From: Bacteroidales bacterium
Lineage (GTDB): Bacteria; Bacteroidota; Bacteroidia; Bacteroidales; UBA4417
Assembly (NCBI GenBank): GCA_016707705.1
Contig: JADJHD010000004.1
Coordinates: 24,960-88,959 of the forward strand
DNA length: 64,000 bases
Direction: 5' to 3'
Shown: one piece after another, positions 29,570-39,671 of the stretch
Layout of the letters: the number at the start of each line of letters is the position of its first letter
Numbering within the stretch: the first letter of the stretch is position 1
Position numbers and translations under genes: made by a program
Notes under the pieces: model-generated
What the model was told of the DNA's origin: nothing
Seen by the model: only the letters and a program-made list of their open reading frames with translations
Databases searched by the model: none

Positions 29570-29595
29570 AAAAAAAAAGCCGGACGAGCCGGCTT
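29570..29595 (-). terminator. rho-independent terminator of the BI-1 family gene
   Basis: Stem AAGCCGG/CCGGCTT (7 bp, loop 5 nt) followed on the minus strand by a U9 run (A9 at 29570-29578 on plus strand); 22 nt after stop. Confidence 0.7.
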
Positions 29596-29616
29596 GGATT
29601 AAAATATCATTTAAGA

Positions 29617-30366
29617 TTAGTTCCTTTTGCCCAGGAAACGGAGCAGGAAGAGGAACAGGTTAATGAAATCAAGGTAAAGTGAAAGAGCACCCATGATGGC
29701 ATACTTGCGGGTTGATTCCTGTCCGGCAATCATTTCGCTTCCCAGATTCTTGAGTTTCTGAACATCATATGCTGTGAGTCCGGTGAAAACAAGAACGCCG
29801 ATGAACGAAATGATATACTGCATTGAATCACTCTTCAGGAAGAAATTGATCAGGCTGGCGATAATAATTCCAACCAGTCCCATCATCATAATGCTTCCGA
29901 ACTTGGTAAGGTCAGTCTTGGTAGTATATCCGGCAACAGCCATCACTCCAAAGGTGAGTGAGGTAACGCCAAAGGTTACTGCTATAGATCCAATGCTATA
30001 AACCAGGAAGATGAAGCTTAAACTTACACCAACCAGGAATGCGTACACTATAAAAAGAAGGGACAGGGCAGTAGGACTGAGTTTCTGGAAACGGAACGAC
30101 ATAAGCATTACAAATCCCAGGGGTGCCAGCATAACAATCCATCCAAAAATGGAGAGTCCGGTTTCGGTAACCAACAGACTCAGGAATGCCGGAGACTGAG
30201 CAACCAGGAATGCGGTTACGGCTGTGAGAGCCAGGGCAATGAACATCCATGTAAAAACCCCGCTCATAAAAGTGCGTACCATGCTCTGATCGCGTACGGT
30301 CACATCGGGAAGGGTGTTGTATTGATTTTCGTTATACATGCTTATTGATTTATTGGTTCGCTGCAA
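29617..30366 (-). CDS. Bax inhibitor-1/YccA family membrane protein
   Basis: 249 aa, seven hydrophobic segments, typical C-terminal LYLDFINLFLFLLRFLG. Confidence 0.8.
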   Translation of the reverse strand: MQRTNKSISMYNENQYNTLPDVTVRDQSMVRTFMSGVFTWMFIALALTAVTAFLVAQSPAFLSLLVTETGLSIFGWIVMLAPLGFVMLMSFRFQKLSPTALSLLFIVYAFLVGVSLSFIFLVYSIGSIAVTFGVTSLTFGVMAVAGYTTKTDLTKFGSIMMMGLVGIIIASLINFFLKSDSMQYIISFIGVLVFTGLTAYDVQKLKNLGSEMIAGQESTRKYAIMGALSLYLDFINLFLFLLRFLGKRN

Positions 30367-30396
30367 AATTAATGATTATTCTCTTCAAAATTTGGC

Positions 30397-31074
30397 TTAG
30401 TGCAGTCTTGAGCCTATCAGGTGAATGAATTCAGCACGAGTCTTGTCAACCAGAAATGCCCCCGTAAAGTCGGAGGTGGTGGTCACAGAATTCTGCTTCT
30501 GTATTCCCCTCATGCTCATGCACATATGCTGAGCTTCGATTACTACTGCAACACCAAGTGGTTTCAATGTATTGTAAATGCAATCCTTGATCTGGGTAGT
30601 CAGCCTTTCCTGCACCTGCAACCTGCGGGCGAAGGCATCCACAACCCTGGGAATTTTGCTAAGGCCTACAATATGCCCGTTCGGGATATAGGCAACATGT
30701 GCCTTTCCGAAGAATGGAATCATATGGTGCTCACACATCGAATAAAGCTCAATATCCTTCACAATAACCATCTGCTTGTAGTCTTCGCTGAACATTGCTG
30801 ATCTCAGGATTTCCTCCGGATCAAGGTCGTAACCATGGGTAAGGTACTGCATGGCTTTGGCTACCCTTTCCGGGGTTTTCTGCAAGCCTTCCCTATCAGG
30901 GTTTTCACCGATCAGTTTCAGGATTTCCTTGTAATGAACTGCAAGTTCATCAATGGTTTTTATATTGTACAGATCTCTCTTTTCATATCCGTCCTGCCTT
31001 GGGTAGTCATCCATCATATTTTCAATCATCATGTCTTTTACTATTTCACTGCTCATGAGGTAGTTTTTTTGCAA
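30397..31074 (-). CDS. folE: GTP cyclohydrolase I
   Basis: FolE type 1 motifs ([24 protein letters not shown]). Confidence 0.9.
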   Translation of the reverse strand: MQKNYLMSSEIVKDMMIENMMDDYPRQDGYEKRDLYNIKTIDELAVHYKEILKLIGENPDREGLQKTPERVAKAMQYLTHGYDLDPEEILRSAMFSEDYKQMVIVKDIELYSMCEHHMIPFFGKAHVAYIPNGHIVGLSKIPRVVDAFARRLQVQERLTTQIKDCIYNTLKPLGVAVVIEAQHMCMSMRGIQKQNSVTTTSDFTGAFLVDKTRAEFIHLIGSRLH

Positions 31075-31156
31075 TTGTTGGCTATTGATTCAGTAAAATT
31101 TTTGTCTGTGTCAATAGCTGAATTCGTTTGATTTCTTGTTCAGAAAGGAGTTAAAG

Positions 31157-31573
31157 CTATTCCTCTCCCAGGTATTCAACAAAATTATTTTCGGTTTCAT
31201 ATAACTGCACTTTAAAAAGTGCTGCCCCTAATTGGTCAATTGGAGTTTTCAATTCATTCCATATTCCGATTGCCAGATTCTCAGTCGAGGCAAGCTTTCC
31301 CTTCATGAAATCCACCTCCACATTTATGTTTCGATGGTCAAGCTTCTCTATCACAAATTGATTGATGATTTCGCTGAGGTCCTTGAGATTAACCAGAAAA
31401 CCGGTTGCCGGATCAACTTCACCCTTAACAGTCACGAAAAGGGTGTAATTATGTCCATGCCAGTTGGGATTGGAGCATTTACCGAAAACCTCAAGATTGC
31501 GGGAATCAGAGTAATCCTCCCTGAACAGTCGGTGTGCTGCATTGAATCTCTCCCTGCGGGTGATATAAATCAT
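31157..31573 (-). CDS. queD: 6-carboxytetrahydropterin synthase / 6-pyruvoyl-tetrahydropterin synthase
   Basis: 138 aa, FNAAHRL...HGHNY motifs; adjacent to folE. Confidence 0.85.
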   Translation of the reverse strand: MIYITRRERFNAAHRLFREDYSDSRNLEVFGKCSNPNWHGHNYTLFVTVKGEVDPATGFLVNLKDLSEIINQFVIEKLDHRNINVEVDFMKGKLASTENLAIGIWNELKTPIDQLGAALFKVQLYETENNFVEYLGEE

Positions 31574-31705
31574 GCTGATCTGGTTGAATATTGAAAAACT
31601 TGTGAATTTGAAGGTATGTTTAATCTTCAGCTTTGTTCATTAAACAAGCGGAAGGGCTTTTGGTTTGAGCAACTGCTTAATTTTCCAGCAGTATGCCCCC
31701 ATGTC

Positions 31706-32086
31706 CTACCTGACCTTATTGAATTTTAGTAAAGCAGTAATTTCAAGTAATGTATACGCCAGATATAAAACAAACATGGTAATTACAAAGCGTATTGCAT
31801 CAGACTTGTGCAGGTAAACATATACAGCCACAACTGTCAGCATCACGAGCAATTTGATGACTGTAGCAGCCATAAAGGTGTTGGTGAACTTGTTGAATTT
31901 GCCTTTGCTGGCATTAATCAGCAAATAGTAGATCAGGAAGGTGCTGATAATAAAGAAGCTGAGAAGCCATGGCAGAGCTGGCGTAATCATATGAGGAGCC
32001 AGAGTATTCACTGCAAAAGCGATAATTACCAATGCAAGGCTGAGAATTGCCAGGTTTATGGAAAACCTGAATAATGAAGATTTCAT
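31706..32086 (-). CDS. hypothetical membrane protein
   Basis: 126 aa, four hydrophobic helices; no family recognised. Confidence 0.5.
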   Translation of the reverse strand: MKSSLFRFSINLAILSLALVIIAFAVNTLAPHMITPALPWLLSFFIISTFLIYYLLINASKGKFNKFTNTFMAATVIKLLVMLTVVAVYVYLHKSDAIRFVITMFVLYLAYTLLEITALLKFNKVR

Positions 32087-32092
32087 GGAATT

Positions 32093-32338
32093 TTATTTGC
32101 GGATCAGGTCCTTGATGGCTGAATAGATTGCAATTGCAACCGAAAGAATTGAGAGTATCAGTGTAAAGACTGGAAACCTGAGTTGCAGCCATTGATCGAG
32201 TTTTAGCCCTCCAAAGACACCGACACCAATTATAGCAAACATCTGGAATGCCAGATTCGTGTATCTGGCATAGCCATTGAAGGGTTTCCCTTTATCTTCA
32301 GGCGCTGATTGATTCGGCCTGGTAGCTGATTTTTTCAT
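32093..32338 (-). CDS. AtpZ/AtpI-like small membrane protein (tentative)
   Basis: 81 aa, two TM helices after a charged N-terminus, resembles putative F0F1-ATPase subunit family; no atp genes nearby. Confidence 0.4.
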   Translation of the reverse strand: MKKSATRPNQSAPEDKGKPFNGYARYTNLAFQMFAIIGVGVFGGLKLDQWLQLRFPVFTLILSILSVAIAIYSAIKDLIRK

Positions 32339-32690
32339 TTACCGCTTCATGGTTACCCATTGTACAGGCTCCTGTAAATATGGCTCCTGGCTCAATAGCA
32401 AGCTTATTGGTGAGAATGTCACCACTGACTACAGCACTGGCTTTTAAACTCAGTAATTCATAAACGGTTAGATGGGCTTTAACTTCTCCTGAAATGTCGG
32501 CATTCTGGCATATGATCTCGCCTTCAACCCTGCCGGTAGAGCCTACGACCACCTTGCCACTTGATCGTATTGTTCCCTTTAAAGTACCGTCAATTCGAAA
32601 ATCACCATTCGACTGGATATCTCCGGTAATATCAGTTCCACTTCCAATCAGATTCACAGAGGGGGTTTCAGGCATAGTAGTTTTGGACAT
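32298..32690 (-). CDS. bactofilin (polymer-forming cytoskeletal protein)
   Basis: Repetitive beta-helix pattern GxxxIxGxL (GDIQSNGDFRIDGTLKGTIRSSGKVVVGSTGRVEGEI). Confidence 0.8.
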   Translation of the reverse strand: MSKTTMPETPSVNLIGSGTDITGDIQSNGDFRIDGTLKGTIRSSGKVVVGSTGRVEGEIICQNADISGEVKAHLTVYELLSLKASAVVSGDILTNKLAIEPGAIFTGACTMGNHEAVNEKISYQAESISA

Positions 32691-32949
32691 AAGCTCCCGT
32701 TTTCTAGTTCAAGTATTCTGAATCGCAATGCATAACCCTGATATTGCAGATCAAGTTATCTCGTTGCTGGTATCTGTCGGGTTTCGCAAAATGAAATAAC
32801 AACGATATAAAGCAAAAATACGGCTTAATCTATGAAAATTACAACTTCCCCTCAGGAATTTTTATTCCCTGAAGGGTGCAATTCTCATAAAGTAAGTATT
32901 AATGCTGACACAGCATTACGATGAACCCACCAATCCTGAATCCTCAGAA

Positions 32950-35670
32950 TTATTTTATGTAGTTTTTCTTGAAGAAGCGGATATACCCGTCGTATTTCTT
33001 TTCACGATAGAAAATGGGGTAGTTCTCCATTGAGATGACGAAATGCTTGAATTCCCCTTCTTTCAGCGGAGCCATTACATAATCGTCGGTACTGATGAAA
33101 TTGAAGAAATTCATTGCAGATTGTCCGTTCCTGAAACTGCTAATTGTTATCATCTGCCAGCCTCCGTCCAACAGGATTGCATTCACCGACAGGTTATCAT
33201 TCCTGAAGTTCTTGGAGATAAAATCGGAGATGCGAATCTTGGTTGCACTCACATTTACAAACTGCTCATTGAGCATCATTATGTAGAAATGAGTAACGGA
33301 AGGATTGTATTTGTATACCAATGGAACGGCAGAGTCATTGTCGGCTGTAATTGGTGAAATAGCGCTGCCTGCAGCACCGGGATCCTTTGATGGATCAGTG
33401 CTTCCAGCTTGTGCAACAGTTGCAGACTGCCCCTTTCCATACTTGCGGATGAGATCCTGTGCCAATGGGGTTACAGTGCTCGTCGGGTAGGTTTTCACCA
33501 GCTGACTAAGCATCACGGTCATGGTATCGGCATTCTCAAGTTTGCCAAGTGACAGAGCCCTCAGGTATTCAAACTTGGGAAGAAGTTCCTTTTCCTTGTA
33601 TGTTGAAATGGCTTCATTGCTGTAAAGCAGAACCATTCTGTACTGTCCGCGGTTAAAGGCGGTGTAGGTCTCTTCATACAGCGTATTAACCCTGTTTTTC
33701 TTCGCCAGCAGTTCCTTGTTATAATCGGGATTCTCAATTATTCTTGCATAATCACTATCGGCGAAGCCGGAAAGTATCTTAGCCTTGTAGTTATTTACAA
33801 GATTTTCATCCGGTATATCCTTACCCATCAGGTAGAGTTGGAAGTAAACTCGCAATGCATTACTGTTGTCGGGGAATCTGCTCAGTAGCTCTTCAAAAGA
33901 GGCAACTGATTTTGGAATATCCTTCAAACCGTCCTTATAAATATATCCCAGGTTCAGCAAGGCATCAGCAATCTTTTTATTGGAAGCTTCAATGGCTTCA
34001 GGTGATTTTGGAATAAGCTGCATGTAGGACTTTGGATCTTTCGGGTCAATTGCCACAGCACCCTTTACACCACCAGTGCCTACAGAGTCGCCTGCAGCAC
34101 CTGCAGTCCCATCCTCTTCATCTGCTGAAAATGTAACTACTGCCCGTTTGTTTGAGAGTCTCCAGTTGTCCTCAAGCTTTCGCCGGCCCCATTTTCTCAT
34201 AAATTCTGAATACCCCATACTTATGGCTGAAGGGTTGTTGAAGTACCAGCCTCCACCGCCTCCTGTGATATCCATGTTTCGTTCTCCAGCCCTCATGTTC
34301 TGATTACTCATGGCCATGGCAATGTCAAGTTGCTGTTGTTGTTCAGCTTCAACGCGTTCACGTTCCTTTCGGTTGTATTCATCCACCAGCTTTTGAATCA
34401 TAGCCGCAAGCTCAGCTTCCGGCAACCTTCCGAGTTTCTGCATACTATCTTCATATTGCACAACCCTCAGGTTGATAACCAGATCGGATAGAGTCTGGGT
34501 GCGGGTGCTGATCAGATCATAATTGGGATAATCAGTGGGCATCGACTGTAAAGTGGTATCATAGTAGGCACTTGCATCCTCATAAAGTTCCCTTTTAAAG
34601 CATAATTCTGCCATTTGCAATGAGGAAGTGGTCTTCTGGAAGTCATTGGTGCTGCTGTTGGCAACTGAAAGCCTCAGATATTGCATGGTGAGGGTATCGT
34701 TCTTGTCCAGCGACGAAAGTTCAGCCAATGCATAGTAAACCTGATCGAGGAAGTCCTTGTTTTTGGCATCCTTTGCCATGCGCTTCAACTGCTTTTCAAG
34801 GTCGCCCTTGTTTCCCGACTTAATATCAAAAGCCTTGGCCATATTGATTCTGGCATTGAAAGCCATTTCAAATGAGGAGGGGCCTTTGGTGACCTTTGTA
34901 TAGTATTCAGTAGCAGCAGCAAAATTCTTCTCCTGCTGACTTATCTGGGCCAGTATATAGTAGATCCGCATTTTAAGCTTGCGGTCAGCAGTCATCGTCA
35001 GCCCCTGAAGGAGATTGGTCTTTGCAAGATTAAAATTTCCATTCAGGATGTAGAAATCTGCATAGATAAGCGGAATTTCACGCTTGATGGAGAAGGGAAC
35101 CCTGTTCTTAGCCATGATGGCATCAAACTCTTCGATCTGGGTAACTACTTCATCATATTTCTTTTGTTGCAGACTGGTCCTGATAAGCCATAACCTTGCC
35201 TGGTATTCGGCAGGATGATCGGCATACTGTTTTGTGATGAATTCAAAGGTGCGCCTGGCAGAAACATAATCCTGCTTGTAAAATTGAGCCTTACCAATAA
35301 GCATGTAGCAATCATCGACCCAGCGGTTGTATTCAACTTTTTTGAAGAACAGAGAGTGCTTCTGAACTGCAAGGCCTGATTTTTCAATTGCCCTGTCCAT
35401 CGCTGATGAAATCTTTCTCGACTCTTCAAGTGTACCGTAATTGTGTACAAGTAAAATCTTGTTATAGTTATCCCTCAACTGCTTATTGAGGTCAGCTACA
35501 CCGCTTTTGAAACTTTCATTGGCATTCCAGTATATATTGTAATGGGTTGTCAGGTTATGATAAACCCTGCGTGTGAAGGTGTTTTTCTTGGTTGAACAGG
35601 CAATAACAAAAAGCATTATTGCCGGCAGTGCCAGAAAGAAGAATGATGACGAATTGAATCGCAGTTTCAA
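32950..35670 (-). CDS. TPR-repeat lipoprotein, T9SS PorW/SprE-like
   Basis: 906 aa; lipoprotein signal (VIACSTKKNTF), N-terminus RRVYHNLTTHYNIYWNA resembles SprE/PorW (recalled); TPR-like repeats. Confidence 0.55.
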   Translation of the reverse strand: MKLRFNSSSFFFLALPAIMLFVIACSTKKNTFTRRVYHNLTTHYNIYWNANESFKSGVADLNKQLRDNYNKILLVHNYGTLEESRKISSAMDRAIEKSGLAVQKHSLFFKKVEYNRWVDDCYMLIGKAQFYKQDYVSARRTFEFITKQYADHPAEYQARLWLIRTSLQQKKYDEVVTQIEEFDAIMAKNRVPFSIKREIPLIYADFYILNGNFNLAKTNLLQGLTMTADRKLKMRIYYILAQISQQEKNFAAATEYYTKVTKGPSSFEMAFNARINMAKAFDIKSGNKGDLEKQLKRMAKDAKNKDFLDQVYYALAELSSLDKNDTLTMQYLRLSVANSSTNDFQKTTSSLQMAELCFKRELYEDASAYYDTTLQSMPTDYPNYDLISTRTQTLSDLVINLRVVQYEDSMQKLGRLPEAELAAMIQKLVDEYNRKERERVEAEQQQQLDIAMAMSNQNMRAGERNMDITGGGGGWYFNNPSAISMGYSEFMRKWGRRKLEDNWRLSNKRAVVTFSADEEDGTAGAAGDSVGTGGVKGAVAIDPKDPKSYMQLIPKSPEAIEASNKKIADALLNLGYIYKDGLKDIPKSVASFEELLSRFPDNSNALRVYFQLYLMGKDIPDENLVNNYKAKILSGFADSDYARIIENPDYNKELLAKKNRVNTLYEETYTAFNRGQYRMVLLYSNEAISTYKEKELLPKFEYLRALSLGKLENADTMTVMLSQLVKTYPTSTVTPLAQDLIRKYGKGQSATVAQAGSTDPSKDPGAAGSAISPITADNDSAVPLVYKYNPSVTHFYIMMLNEQFVNVSATKIRISDFISKNFRNDNLSVNAILLDGGWQMITISSFRNGQSAMNFFNFISTDDYVMAPLKEGEFKHFVISMENYPIFYREKKYDGYIRFFKKNYIK

Positions 35671-35974
35671 AGGCGGTTGGTTTAATCTTGAATAATTGCA
35701 GTAGAGCCAGTAAGATAACTCAAAGTGTGCAAAAATATTTTATTTTTTCCAAAGTGTTGCCATCTATATTTCTGCCTGACAATAATCTTTCACAGAAGCA
35801 CATGGAATTTAGGCAATATGAATGAATAAGCATCCGTTTTTCTCTGAAAATCTAATTCAAATGCTTGTTTCGTTAATTAATCCTAAATGATTCCGATTGT
35901 AATCATTTGGTTTCTCTGCATTGACCTGCTTTTTTCAGATATTTGCATTAATTAAGAAATGCTTGGGTCCCGAT

Positions 35975-36871
35975 ATGAGCCGATTTAAAATTGAAGGTGA
36001 AAAGGTCTGGCAGCTGCTTCTGCAGCGCTTAAGGGATAAGTACAGGCTGGTTATTCTGAATGAGGAGAGCTTTGAGGAGCGGCTTTCATTCAGGCTTTCA
36101 CGGCTCAATGTGTTTGTAGTTATCGGACTCATGTCGATCGTGCTGGTACTGATTACTACCTATATTATCGCATTTACACCCCTCAAGGAATATATCCCCG
36201 GTTATACTGATGTTACCATGCAGCGCAGAATCTACGAATTGCAGCTGCGGGCCGACAGTGTTCAAAGGGTTCTCAATTCTAATGAATCATACCTGAATGA
36301 CCTGCGCAAGGTACTTGGTGGTGAAGACCTGACTGCAAAAAGGGAATTGCCTGTGGATACCACAAATGTCAAGGACTATAAAAATATTAGCGATAAAAGA
36401 TCCAAAGCTGACTCTATGATGCGTGCCGACTATGAGAACAGAAGCCGGTACAATCTTTTCCGCTCTGAAGGCAACGTTCAGGGACAATCAACACAAGTGC
36501 GCAATTTGTTTTTCTACTCTCCGCTCAAGGGGATTATTACCAGCAAGTATGATGCACAGTCTGCCCATTACGGAATAGATATCGTAGCAGGAAAGGATGA
36601 TGCGATTAAGGCCATTCAGGATGGAACCGTGATTTTTGCCGGCTGGACGGTTGAAACGGGATATGTGATTGCCTTGCAGCATCCCGGGAACATAGTTTCA
36701 GTTTACAAGCACAATTCCGTCCTCCTTAAGAAACAGGGAAGCATTGTCAGGGCGGGTGAAAGCATTGCCATTATCGGAGAATCCGGAGAACTCAGCACAG
36801 GTCCCCATCTTCACCTTGAGATCTGGATCAATGGAAATCCTGTTAACCCAATGGATTATATAGTTTTCTAA
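35975..36871 (+). CDS. M23-family metallopeptidase
   Basis: Start MSRFKIEG at 35975; N-terminal TM anchor; C-terminal LytM motifs HYGIDI, GPHLHLEIWINGNPVNP. Confidence 0.82.
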   Translation: MSRFKIEGEKVWQLLLQRLRDKYRLVILNEESFEERLSFRLSRLNVFVVIGLMSIVLVLITTYIIAFTPLKEYIPGYTDVTMQRRIYELQLRADSVQRVLNSNESYLNDLRKVLGGEDLTAKRELPVDTTNVKDYKNISDKRSKADSMMRADYENRSRYNLFRSEGNVQGQSTQVRNLFFYSPLKGIITSKYDAQSAHYGIDIVAGKDDAIKAIQDGTVIFAGWTVETGYVIALQHPGNIVSVYKHNSVLLKKQGSIVRAGESIAIIGESGELSTGPHLHLEIWINGNPVNPMDYIVF

Positions 36872-36977
36872 GTAAAGAGTTTCCTGTATACTTCTTCTAT
36901 GAAATTAAAGCTGCTTGTTGCATCAACTCACTCACTGACTTAGCTTATAAATTGAATCTGAACATATTAATACCTGA

Positions 36978-38144
36978 ATTCTGAAACGTCGCATCGCCAT
37001 ACTCGGTTCTACAGGCTCTATCGGGACACAAGCCCTGGAGGTTATTCGTGAACACCCAAAGGAACTGGATGTAGAAGTCCTGACCGCTCATTCAAATGCT
37101 GCCCTGTTGATCAGGCAGGCGCTTGAATTCAAGCCCAATGTTGTAGTGATTGGTAAGGAGAGCATGTATGAAAGGGTAAAGGAAGCTCTTGACCCTTTCG
37201 ATATCAAGGTGTATGCAGGTGCAGAAGCCATTGAGCAGGTTGTTGAAATGGGAACCGTTGATGTGGTTCTGGTTGCCCTGGTTGGGTTCTCAGGACTGAA
37301 GCCTACACTGAGTGCCATAGAAGCCGGAAAGCCTATTGCTCTTGCCAACAAGGAAACTATGGTGGTTGCAGGTGAGCTGGTTACCAAAAGAGCGAAGGAG
37401 AAGGGAGTTAATATTTATCCGGTGGATTCAGAGCATTCTGCCATTTTTCAATGCCTTGCCGGCGAATTCCACAATCCTGTTGAGAAAATAATACTTACAG
37501 CTTCAGGTGGTCCCTTCCGCGGAATGGACAAAACCGCACTTGCGAATGTATCCCGTGAGCAGGCATTGAATCACCCAAACTGGAAGATGGGCTGCAAGGT
37601 CACAATTGACTCTGCAACCATGATGAACAAAGGCCTTGAGGTTATTGAAGCCAAATGGCTTTTCGGACTGGATCCATCCCGAATAGAGGTAATAGTTCAT
37701 CCCCAGAGTATTATTCATTCATTGGTGCAATTTGCCGATGGTTCATTGAAGGCACAAATGGGCTTGCCCGATATGCGGCTTCCCATTCAGTATGCACTGA
37801 CATATCCTGACAGGCTTGTATCTTCCTTTCCGAGGTTTAATTTCACTGATTATCCTCAGCTTACGTTTCAAAAACCTGACCCTGAGAGTTTCAGGTGTCT
37901 GGCTCTTGCCTACCTTGCCATGGAAAAAGGAGGGAATATCCCTTGCATCATGAATGCTGCCGATGAAATTGCAGTTCATGCTTTCCTGCGCGATGAAATA
38001 AGTTTCCTTCAAATACCCGAGCTGATTGAACAATGCATGAACGAAGCAGTTTTTATTAAGAATCCCACTTATGAAAACCTGCTGGAATCGGATTTAGCCG
38101 CCCGAAATCTGGCTGAAGAGATCGTTCGTAAAATGAAAGCTTGA
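36978..38144 (+). CDS. dxr: 1-deoxy-D-xylulose 5-phosphate reductoisomerase (non-canonical start codon)
   Basis: In-frame N-terminal extension of ORF 37107-38144 encodes (I)LKRRIAILGSTGSIGTQALEV, the conserved NADPH-binding start of Dxr; TGA at 36975-36977 closes the frame. Confidence 0.85.
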   Translation: MLKRRIAILGSTGSIGTQALEVIREHPKELDVEVLTAHSNAALLIRQALEFKPNVVVIGKESMYERVKEALDPFDIKVYAGAEAIEQVVEMGTVDVVLVALVGFSGLKPTLSAIEAGKPIALANKETMVVAGELVTKRAKEKGVNIYPVDSEHSAIFQCLAGEFHNPVEKIILTASGGPFRGMDKTALANVSREQALNHPNWKMGCKVTIDSATMMNKGLEVIEAKWLFGLDPSRIEVIVHPQSIIHSLVQFADGSLKAQMGLPDMRLPIQYALTYPDRLVSSFPRFNFTDYPQLTFQKPDPESFRCLALAYLAMEKGGNIPCIMNAADEIAVHAFLRDEISFLQIPELIEQCMNEAVFIKNPTYENLLESDLAARNLAEEIVRKMKA

Positions 38145-38258
38145 TACTCGTACCTTTGTCGGCTAAAAATTATCAGCCTCTGCTTCTGGTTTCTGTGTAG
38201 AAGAAAAAGCAAATCAAACAGATTAAACAGTTCATTCAATCAATAGTAAATACAGTTC

Positions 38259-39584
38259 ATGGTTATTCTTGTAAAAGCTGCGCAATTATTACTCAGTCTT
38301 TCAATACTGGTCATCTTTCATGAGTTTGGGCATTATATTGCTGCCAAAATCTTTAAGACCCGCGTCGAAAAGTTCTATCTCTTCTTTGATCCATGGTTCT
38401 CGCTGTTCAAGTTCAAGAAAGGCGAAACTGAATACGGTATAGGCTGGCTTCCATTGGGAGGCTATGTTAAAATTTCCGGGATGATTGATGAATCCATGGA
38501 TAAGGAGCAACTTAAACTGCCACCCCAGCCATTCGAATTCCGTGCTAAGCCGGCATGGCAGCGCTTGATTATCATGCTTGGAGGTGTTACCGTCAATATT
38601 CTTCTGGCCATTGGAATTTACATTATTACCCTTGCCGCATGGGGAGAAGAATATCTTCCAACCACTGAGGTTAAGTATGGTATTACAGTTGACTCGCTCG
38701 GACAGCAGCTAGGCCTCAGGAATGGGGACAAGATTCTCACCGTTGACAATGCCGTTGTTGAGGACTTCTTCAAGATTCCCGGACGCATCATCCTCGAGAA
38801 TGCCAAAAGCATTCAGATTGAAAGGGATGGACAGAAAATGGATATTCAGGTTCCGGCAGGATTCCTCTCGAAGCTGATAAAGCATCAGTCACCAGACTTT
38901 ATTTCAGTAAGGATTCCCTTTGAAGTAGCTGACTTTGCCAAGAGTTCGATAGCACCTGCTGCAGGAATCAAGGTTGGAGATAAAATCATTGGACTTAATG
39001 ATGAATCCACTCCCTATTTTGATCAGTTCAGGTCTTCACTTATAAACAAGAAAAATCAAGATGTTACTGTTGTTGCCCTTCGTGGCAGCGATACCGTAAG
39101 GATGCAGGTTAAAGTTCCTGCAGAAGGCTTGTTGGGCATTGCGCCGAAACCTCCCATTGATTATTTTACCTTCAAGGAAAGGCATTACAATATCATTGAA
39201 GCTGTCCCGGCCGGAATTCACAAAGCCTACAAGGGTGTTGGCAATTACCTGAAACAGCTGAAGCTCATTTTCTCCCCTGAAGTTAAGGCATATGAATCTG
39301 TAGGTGGATTTATTACCATCGGTAAGATTTTTCCTTCTACATGGGATTGGGAAGCTTTCTGGGGACTTACTGCCTTCCTCTCAATCATGCTTGCCATCCT
39401 GAACGTACTTCCTATTCCGGCACTGGATGGCGGACATGTGCTGTTCCTGCTCTTCGAGATAATTACCGGCCGCAAGCCCAGTGACAAGTTCCTGGAGTAT
39501 GCGCAAATAGTGGGTATGGTCCTTCTTTTCGGACTGCTCATTTTTGCCAATGGAAATGATATAATAAAACTGTTCAGGAATTGA
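38259..39584 (+). CDS. rseP: RIP metalloprotease RseP (site-2 protease, M50)
   Basis: HEFGHY zinc motif, PDZ region, C-terminal LPIPALDGGH motif. Confidence 0.88.
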   Translation: MVILVKAAQLLLSLSILVIFHEFGHYIAAKIFKTRVEKFYLFFDPWFSLFKFKKGETEYGIGWLPLGGYVKISGMIDESMDKEQLKLPPQPFEFRAKPAWQRLIIMLGGVTVNILLAIGIYIITLAAWGEEYLPTTEVKYGITVDSLGQQLGLRNGDKILTVDNAVVEDFFKIPGRIILENAKSIQIERDGQKMDIQVPAGFLSKLIKHQSPDFISVRIPFEVADFAKSSIAPAAGIKVGDKIIGLNDESTPYFDQFRSSLINKKNQDVTVVALRGSDTVRMQVKVPAEGLLGIAPKPPIDYFTFKERHYNIIEAVPAGIHKAYKGVGNYLKQLKLIFSPEVKAYESVGGFITIGKIFPSTWDWEAFWGLTAFLSIMLAILNVLPIPALDGGHVLFLLFEIITGRKPSDKFLEYAQIVGMVLLFGLLIFANGNDIIKLFRN

Positions 39585-39617
39585 TGCCTTATAATTTGAT
39601 AAGCAGTTTCAATTGCT

Positions 39618-39655
39618 AAAAAAAAGGCCCGGAAAATTCTCCCGGGCCTTTTTTC
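39618..39655. terminator. bidirectional rho-independent terminator between rseP and the MoxR gene
   Basis: Stem AAGGCCCGG/CCGGGCCTT (9 bp, 39624-39632 and 39642-39650) flanked by an A-run upstream and T-run downstream. Confidence 0.75.
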
Positions 39656-39671
39656 ATATATCTGTTTAAGC

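Noticed and set aside
29350-29571. 73-aa minus-strand ORF between repeat L4 and the BI-1 terminator
   Set aside because: It overlaps the M5 block and stutter sequence, lies downstream of a strong terminator, and has no recognisable features. It is likely spurious.
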